Shown: piece after piece, positions 52,195 to 64,000 of the stretch
Layout of the letters: each line of letters begins with the position of its first letter
Position numbering within the stretch: the first letter of the stretch is position 1
From: Neoechinorhynchus agilis
Lineage: Eukaryota; Animalia; Acanthocephala
Direction: 5' to 3'
Assembly: GCA_051530055.1 (NCBI GenBank)
Contig: CM121342.1
Location: forward strand, 11,547,480 to 11,611,479
Length of the DNA stretch: 64,000 nucleotides
The notes under the pieces: generated by a model
Database searches by the model: none
Seen by the model: only the letters and a program-made list of their open reading frames with translations
What the model was told of the DNA's origin: nothing
Made by a program: the position numbers and the translations under genes

Positions 52195-53700
52195 TCCCAA
52201 TACGTAGGTTCCTTTCGAGCTGCGACCCCTCCTGTATTCAACGATCACATCATTCCTTCCGAAAGAGGCGTTCAACCGGGAGATCCATTAGGTCCCATTG
52301 ATTTCGCGCTCACAGTGAACGAATTAGCGCATTCTCTTGATGTGGAATTCAATGTCTGGTACCTGGACGATGCTACGCTGGAAGGCGATCCCGAGGTAGT
52401 TCTCCGTGACCTGGAGAAAATCAAGATGGGGGCAAGCAAGCTGGACATTGAATTGAGCACAGAAAAATGCGGAATTGTATTTTGTAACATAGAGACGGGC
52501 CCTGCAAAAGACGTAATAAAGCGCGACTTTGAAAATGTTGCACCCGGGATAGAAATGAGCGACCTTGTTGGGCAGTTGCGTCTTTGATGGGAATGTAGAA
52601 AACGAAATTAACAGCCTTCTAAAGAAATTATCGGTGCTTTGCTATAGGGTCTGTGAGCTTGGATCACATGAGGCTCTGTTCTTGATAAAGAACACCCTCA
52701 TCCCCAACTTCCTTTATGCTCTACGCACTGCGCCGTTTTTCAAGCACAAGGTTCAGCTTGGCAAGCTATATGACAGATTGAAGGACTGTCTCGAGCAAGT
52801 TTTAAATGTCCAGCTGTCAGAAGGGGCATGGCGACAAGCATCCTTGCCTGTATCTTCTGGCGGGTTGGGCATCCGGAAAACAGCAGACATATCCCTGCCC
52901 GCATTTTTAGGCTCCCACGAGGGAAGCAGAAGCGCAGTTCAGCGCATTTTGAAATCTACATATCATCTTGATAGGCATTTTGAAGTGGGAATCAATGAGT
53001 GGTGTACACTGACCAACTCCGATCAAGTACCTGTGAATGGCCCTGGGCCTCTCGTCGCAAGAGTACAAAGCTCTCTCTCTTATCAGACTCAAGCGACGAC
53101 GTTGTCCGTGCCAGGTTATTGGCAGTCTCCGCTAGAGAATCAGGTGCTTGGTTGAACGCGGTCCCGCTGGCATCTGTGGGTACTCTTCTCTTCGACGGGG
53201 CAGTAAGGGTCGGAGTTTCAATGAGACTAGGACTACCGATGTGCCATTCCCCACCGTTGCCGCTACGGTGCAAATATGGATTCGTCGGGACGTCATTTTC
53301 TCATCTGTAGAAAATCAGCCGGTAGATTCGCAAGACATGCCGAAATTAACATGGTGCTGAGCCGGGCACTTGTTACGCGGTAAATACCCCGAATATTTTG
53401 GAACCTGCCAACCTCTGTAGGGACGCCGAGCGTAGACCTGATGGGGCGACCGCATTTCCGTGGCAGGAGGATAAATGCCTCCTCTGGAAGGCCACTTGTG
53501 TCGATAAACTCGCGGCCAGCAAACTCAAGTTCTCGGTGATTCAAGCTGGAGGTGCGGCGAACGCTGCGGAAGGATGGAAAACGGCGAAATACCTCGATTT
53601 AACCTGTGCCCATGCGTTTGTGCCTTTTGGGGTTGAGACCTACGGATCTCTTGGTAGCGAGGCTCTTCAGCATCGCCGTGTTGAGAGGCAACACTGCAAG
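52195..53700 (+). mobile_element. CRE-clade non-LTR retrotransposon, 5'-truncated, decayed (RT plus RLE)
   Basis: SERGVQPGDPLGP, VWYLDDATLEG, WRQASLPVSSGGLGIR, ESGAWLNAVPLASVG, RLGLPMCH, RRPDGATAFPWQEDKCLLWKATCVD, FVPFGVETYGSLG. Confidence 0.9.
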
Positions 53701-54313
53701 CATTCGGACGACAATTGAAGACGAGGACGGCTAGGCACTTTTTGTCCGGTAAAATTTTCCTCCAAGATTTTGATAAATAAGTACAATGTGATTTACGCCT
53801 TTTATAATGTATATTTATTCATTAAAAGCTTATTAGCTGCAAAAAATTCCGTTTGTTTCTATACATTCTTAAACTTTAATTTTTCGTTGCTTTTAAAAGG
53901 GAGTTCCTTTTCTAAAAATATGAAGATAAAAGTAGATGAAAATAAATATTTAAATTTAGGCTTCGACCTTTTAGAATACAAAGGCCACTTAAGCACTTCG
54001 CATCAGATCCATCGACAATGAAACGTTTTTGAAGCTCGAATTTTCGCACAATATCCTAATATTTTTTAAATCATTTACTCGAGAACAACCCTTGAACAGT
54101 TCTATGTGAAATTAAACTTTTAAATTATTGATAGGGCATATCGATTCCTTCAAAAGCCATCCTTTCCGGTACATACCCAGAAGACAAGAAATTGTAACTC
54201 AATTGGTAAAGAATTGTCCTTGAACGCTCCATGCGATTAAAACGACTTAGGTGATGTTCTTAAAAAGCTATATGGGTAAAATAGATCGATTTGTCGGTCC
54301 ATTTATTTTTTAG

Positions 54314-56586
54314 ATGAACATTGAAGCTATTAGAATGCTGGCACGAAGTAAAGGCGCAAAATTGGCTTCCAAGTTTTATCGGGTATCCCTTGAAAGTATT
54401 CAAAGTTTATCAAGAACTTCTTCATGTCCCGCTTACGTGGTATGCCTGCATTTTCGCTCAGAAACTCCCTCTAATAATCCTTTGTCTAGAATTTATTGAA
54501 AAATGCTTATTGCCGTCCTGTTGAGTCCTTGTCCAATGGATTATATTGCCTTCTCCCAATGGGTTCGATTCTGACTTTTCTGTGATGCCCATTACCGTGA
54601 TTCTATTGGTTTTACAAGGATTTAGGGTTCAATCAAAACTCTGTCGAGCATTATCGGAACTGTTCGAAAAAATCGACGCTGTTCGAATCGAAATGCCTTT
54701 GTTAAGTCCCCTGGAATTATTTGCAAGATCAGGTTATTTCGATTGGGAAAACTGATGAAATTTGTTATTTTTTTCCAAAAAGGTCGTCTTGATTCAAAGG
54801 ATTTTTCATCCATTCTAATGACAGTGGACTCGAATTTCGCACTTAATCCTGTTTGTTTTAAAACCCTGAACATTAATTTGATTTTAATTAGACTCATGAA
54901 GAATGCATATCGAGCATTATCAAACAAGACTTGTCATCTGGGATATCAACTAATAATTTCCCGATCTTTATGTATCAGGTTATCAATTCGAAAAACTTAA
55001 TGTGTAAGCCAACGACGTCGTTAAGATTGGGAAAAAATTTAGAAACGAGAATCGACCGAAACATTTATTAATGCGATCCAAAGAATTCACAATGCTGGGT
55101 AATTTTCTAACATAAAATAATACCTATAAACTGCGATTTATAGACGCCTATTCTTTCCATTTGAGCGAAAAATGTTCCGCTGATCACTTTGATATGGTAA
55201 AAAGTTATATTTCCGAGTTTTTAATAAAGGTACTTAACCTAAAGCACTACGTTGGTAAGTTGGGTTTATTCATAGTGTTTTTTTAACTCCCATGACATTG
55301 AGTATCTCAAAAGTCTGACGAATTTATGAATTCAATCGAATCATGCGAATTTCATGCGAGGAACAATGGAGCTGGAGAAAACAATTTAGTTGTTTGCCAA
55401 AAATGTACACTTGCGATTCTCAAGATCAATAGCTTCAAGGGAACGCTTAAATTTGTGAAATATCTCTGAAAGCTTCACAAGCTATAATTGTACTATTTTG
55501 TATATTCGAATCGGTAACGTTTCGTAATTTAACTGCCTTTCAATATTGTTCGGGTTTTTTAATTAACATTGACAGCAAAAAAACACCCTGTCGCAAATTC
55601 TTTACAATATTTATTTTATACTTCTTAAATTAAAACGAGTTAAGGAAATTTTTAACACTGTTAGATGTGTAGTTAATTTTTGTAATTTCTTAATAGACAT
55701 ATAGTTCCTTTGATCAAAATTGAATCTAGTAGCAAATTAAGGTGTTCCACGATTAAAAAGCTGAAACGAATTGAGTGTCTTAACATAAGCTGTTTTCTGC
55801 TAAAAATTGCTAGATGAGAATGGCAAGAAAAGCAATGTCAGTTTAGACTCGCGATCCACAAGCCCGATATGCCATTGTGGCACTCACGATTTAGAGCATA
55901 TTCAGACGAGTGAGGTTTCATCAATTTTTTTGAATCCTTGTCATTATTTGCACTCAGGTTGCTCATATATTCCGCCTTGGCAGTCGATACTCTTCATGTT
56001 TTGATCTCGACTTTCCAACGAAAGGGTTTGTGCAAGTTGTCGTTAATGATAACCACCTAATTTTTTGGTCATAGACCGCTTAAGATGAACTGCTACGGTG
56101 TTGGCATTTCTCGACTTTTAACAGTAATGCTTACTGGATCAGTGAATGACAACTTAAAGTGGCCTTCATCGTTGGTTCCATTCAATAGTGTTATCGTGGC
56201 ACCAAAAGTAAGACCAAATCATGGTTTTAGTCATTGAGTTTTAAAAGGAAGGAAGTCACGAAGAGACACAATGTCTTTCTTTTATTCGAGATTTACTAAG
56301 TTGCAGTTCAAATTTAAAAGACATTTTGATCGATGATCGCGTTACAAAAACCATTGGAATGAGATTACGAGATTTACGGACAAGTGGAATTCCATTTGGA
56401 ATAGTTTGCGGACGGGAGGTAAATTCATGATTCAGTTGCTCACTTTCTCTCCTTCAATTGCTGTTTTAGGTTCCTAGCTCTTGTCAGTGTGAATTCCACG
56501 ATTTCTACAGTGAGAGCTACGAAAATAGAAAAGAAAGAGAAATGTTAAAATTCAATGAGATTCTGAAAAGAATTGATCTCCGGTGA
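54314..56586 (+). CDS. PARS2: Mitochondrial prolyl-tRNA synthetase, about 12 exons
   Basis: Spliced: transit-like N-terminus; NGLYCLLPM|GFRVQSKL...EMPLLSPLELF; ALNP|THEECI...FMYQ|IGKKFRNENRPKHLLMRSKEFTML|DAYSF; ESCEF...VCQKC; E|VAHIFRLGSRYS; MNCYGVGISRLL; WPSSLVPF; ILIDDR. Not visible in the ORF track because the exons are short. Confidence 0.9.
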
Positions 56587-57439
56587 TGATACTAAGTCCT
56601 TTTATAAGTGCTTCCATTCAAAAGCAGTATATGTGTTCTGCACTTATGGAAATAAAATGGCGGCTTGTAGGCGAAAATAATAATCCGAATTTGCTGAGCT
56701 TGATTTTTTATGCCCATTTCATGATACGCTGAAAATGTTCAACTTATTAAAATCGTTTTCTCATACAATTCCATCGTTTTATATGTGATTTACATCGATA
56801 CTCTATGGAATTTGCTTCGCTATATCAGTAAATATTTTCTTTATAAGGAGTCACTTCTCATGCGTGAAATTTCTGCCTGAAGTCACCCTCCATCTAAACA
56901 TTATCTGAAAACTATCGTAATCATGTCTAACAGTTTCAGTTACTTTTCCCAATTGATGTTCTGTATTTAAAATAATAACGTAAATCGAGTCAAAATAGAA
57001 TCGGTTACCATTTGTGAGTTAGTTTTGGGTACGGATTCTTTTGATTTATGTAGAAAATGCAATGTATCGTACGTACTCCCAAAACTCACTGTAGAGTTTT
57101 TGTTGTGATTTCACAACAAAAGGTCGGTAAGCTTATCGGTCTACTCGTCTCAAATAGGCATTTTATTATATTCCTGTGTTCTAGTTTCTAAATGGTAAAG
57201 AGAGGTAGCTAAATTAATTAAGTTTGTTTGTACTTTATTAGGCTAAAAAATTCCCAACCTTTTCCTATTCTAATTGATATAAGCGAAAAAATAAATATTT
57301 AATGTCATTATATAGCTATAATATTATAGTTTGTTATCTATTCCTCAGCATTGGCCTCAGACTTAGGATCATTCTTTACTTCCTTTTCAGTTGTGATCAC
57401 CGTAGTTTCCTCTTCTTCATTGTCCATATTAGTCTAAAT

Positions 57440-57991
57440 TTATATAAATGAGCATCGTAAGGGCAAAAGATGCCCATGGTTTACCTTCAGGAAAAGTATC
57501 AATTCAGTTAATTGATCTAATATTTTTTTACAAATTTTTGCCGGCCGTTCTCCTCCCAATTCGGTTGATTCAATATCTTTCCCTGGTTCATTCACATGCA
57601 CATCTGAATCTTTAGTAGACAATTCCATCGTAAGGTCTTCGGTAGTAGTCCGTTTTGTGACCTCTGATATAGAATTTAAATATGCCAGAATTGGTCTTTG
57701 TTGTGGAATTCCACCGGTTAGCTGAATCACTTGAGAAGGCAAGACTTTAGGCGGAAGTATTATCGGTACCCGGGCTAATTCAAAGGTTCCTTGATTAATC
57801 GGATTTGGAAACAGCATGTTCAGTTTTTGTTTATGTTCATATGGAGCCTCGAATGCATTCTCCTGAGTTGGTTGGGGTTCCGGATATTGTGTATAGATTT
57901 GATCATGGAAATCCGTTTGTTCGTTAGCCATGGCACAACATGATGCAAGGAAGGAAATGACGAGAAGGCAAATCAAGCTTTTTGTGTGCAT
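57440..57991 (-). CDS. Secreted protein of unknown function, 183 aa, single exon
   Basis: ATG followed by a signal-peptide-like MHTKSLICLLVISFLASCCAMA; Pro/Gln/Thr-rich body; no recognised domain. Confidence 0.6.
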   Translation of the reverse strand: MHTKSLICLLVISFLASCCAMANEQTDFHDQIYTQYPEPQPTQENAFEAPYEHKQKLNMLFPNPINQGTFELARVPIILPPKVLPSQVIQLTGGIPQQRPILAYLNSISEVTKRTTTEDLTMELSTKDSDVHVNEPGKDIESTELGGERPAKICKKILDQLTELILFLKVNHGHLLPLRCSFI

Positions 57992-59588
57992 CTTAGCTCT
58001 AGTGAATCACAGTAGTACAGTATACACTAGAGAAAACTATCTGCTTTACATTACCCGTTTTTGGAAGGGTTTTAATAACCGTTCATTCCAAATATTTGAT
58101 AATGTTTATCTTTGCTAACTGTTTCCCATTTCTTGACAAACAAAAACATTTATTGAGGAATATCGTGAATGAAAATTGCAAGGCAATATTGAATCGCGAG
58201 ATTAATGACTGACAATTAAAAATAGATCAATAGCTGCATGGTTTCCGTACTTTTAGCAGAGTTTAACTATTGCATCAATGCTTTCTGGAGATCTTCGACT
58301 GCTTTTCTATTTAAAAAACGAACGTTCGAAACATACAGCTTCCTTCAAACATTTATTTTCGTACGGAAACGATGGAATTATTATAGAATTCTTGAATTCA
58401 GTGGCAAATATCTTTCCAATTGCAGCCCAGCTTGAATGGATTAGATGGATAAACAAAGTTTTATTATCGTTCATTTCCATCTCACGGCTCACAATTTTTG
58501 AAACCAGACTTGTAACTTGAACTTCCAAATCTGTTCATTGTTTAGGAGGTGATATAGTTCGAAAAGTGGGGTTTTAAAACAAAACACACCTTAATTCCAA
58601 TATCTTTATGCTTTAATCGTTATGTTTAAAGGACTATTGATTGATTTCTATCGGTCAGTTCTATAAAGTTCTTAATCTACCTGTGAAACTTAGATTTGAA
58701 ATGGTCATACGTTTTTAGAAATTCACCGATATCAGAAATAGTTAGTCTCTTTAAACTATACCATTAATATTTATTTTGATTAAAAATCACTACTTTGCCT
58801 GATAACTGTAACTCTCAACTTTTATCGGCACTTCTGCATCACCAAGAATTTAAGTGTTTGGAGATTGAATTGTTCATGTTTTAATATGGCAGAAAAAATG
58901 AAGTCATTTATTCATTGGATCCGATATTTCGGCGCCACACTCTCGTGCTTTTAGCAATGTTGCTTGTAAATTCTCTACTATTTAAGCTCGTGAACTTATA
59001 AGCAAGATTGATAAAGGCACGATATTGTTCTGAGATATCGGATTGAATAAATAGATTACTTCAATTTTTACACCATATAAAAACATGAATGGAAGCGGCG
59101 ATTTTGTAGCGAATTAAGACACGAAAAGATGCGAAGATTTGATGCTGGGTGTTTGCTTCTTTTTAACAGTTCTAAACCCATCGTATATGTGGTGTATAAA
59201 TCGTTGCCAACTTGAATCTTAATCACATTGAAATGTTAAACTATCGATTCGCTTGTTAAAGCTTCAATCTACATTCTAATGAGTTTTTGGCCTTCATTTC
59301 AAAAAGTTCATTTGATCCGCCTTTGTCTTAGCGAATTCATGCGCAGCTGAGCCAAACAAGTTTCAAAGCTGCAATCTGGCGACATTCACCGACTAGACAA
59401 ATTTTAATTTACTTTGTAAAGACCTTCGCAACACACCGAAACTTGTTGCTTTCAACCTTCGCTGCTAGTGTACATTTGTCGACATTTCTAAGTGCCATTT
59501 GTCCATCACTCGCTTCTCCAATAAGCTCTATTTCGTTTAGTCTGGATTTTAATCTTTTCTATGTTGATAGCTTCTTACAAAGTGACAA

Positions 59589-63957
<4,369 letters not shown>

Positions 63958-64000
63958 CTATTCAAACATTGATTGTCCGATTATTAAGAGTGTTCATGTC

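Noticed and set aside
59300-59575. Coding-like minus-strand stretch upstream of PI4KB (LNEIELIGEASDGQMALRNVDKCTLAAKVE...)
   Set aside because: It is under 60 codons and I could not join it in phase to neighbouring segments; insufficient support.

Overview
Eukaryotic (animal) DNA from a compact genome with mostly 40-60 nt GT-AG introns; the species cannot be determined from the sequence. The gene-dense left arm (1-21.2 kb) holds a 5'-partial alpha-spectrin, a short ZMYM/Woc-type DUF3504 gene, ARNT/tango, an unidentified multi-exon gene, THOC1 and Acinus. The centre (22.5-37.4 kb) is two abutting satellite arrays: a 116-bp monomer, then a ~80-115-bp monomer organised into 420-bp and 628-bp higher-order repeats. 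From 37.4 to 53.7 kb is a transposon-rich zone (CRE-clade RT/RLE pieces, a decayed RTE-like LINE, L2/CR1-like pieces, a Tigger/pogo element) surrounding an intact METTL4 gene. The right arm holds mitochondrial ProRS (PARS2), a secreted protein, and PI4KB with an antisense membrane-protein gene nested in an intron. The most notable observation is that four conserved genes (spectrin, ZMYM, Acinus, PARS2) are each interrupted by an insert with inverted-repeat termini, three of them flanked by a TA duplication. At three of these junctions the motif-preserving splice is not plain GT-AG or changes a conserved residue, and at the fourth canonical splicing leaves a 9-nt footprint. This looks like intron gain from TA-targeting (Tc1/mariner-type) 'introner' elements. 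Homologue comparisons are from memory of the families, not from database searches.
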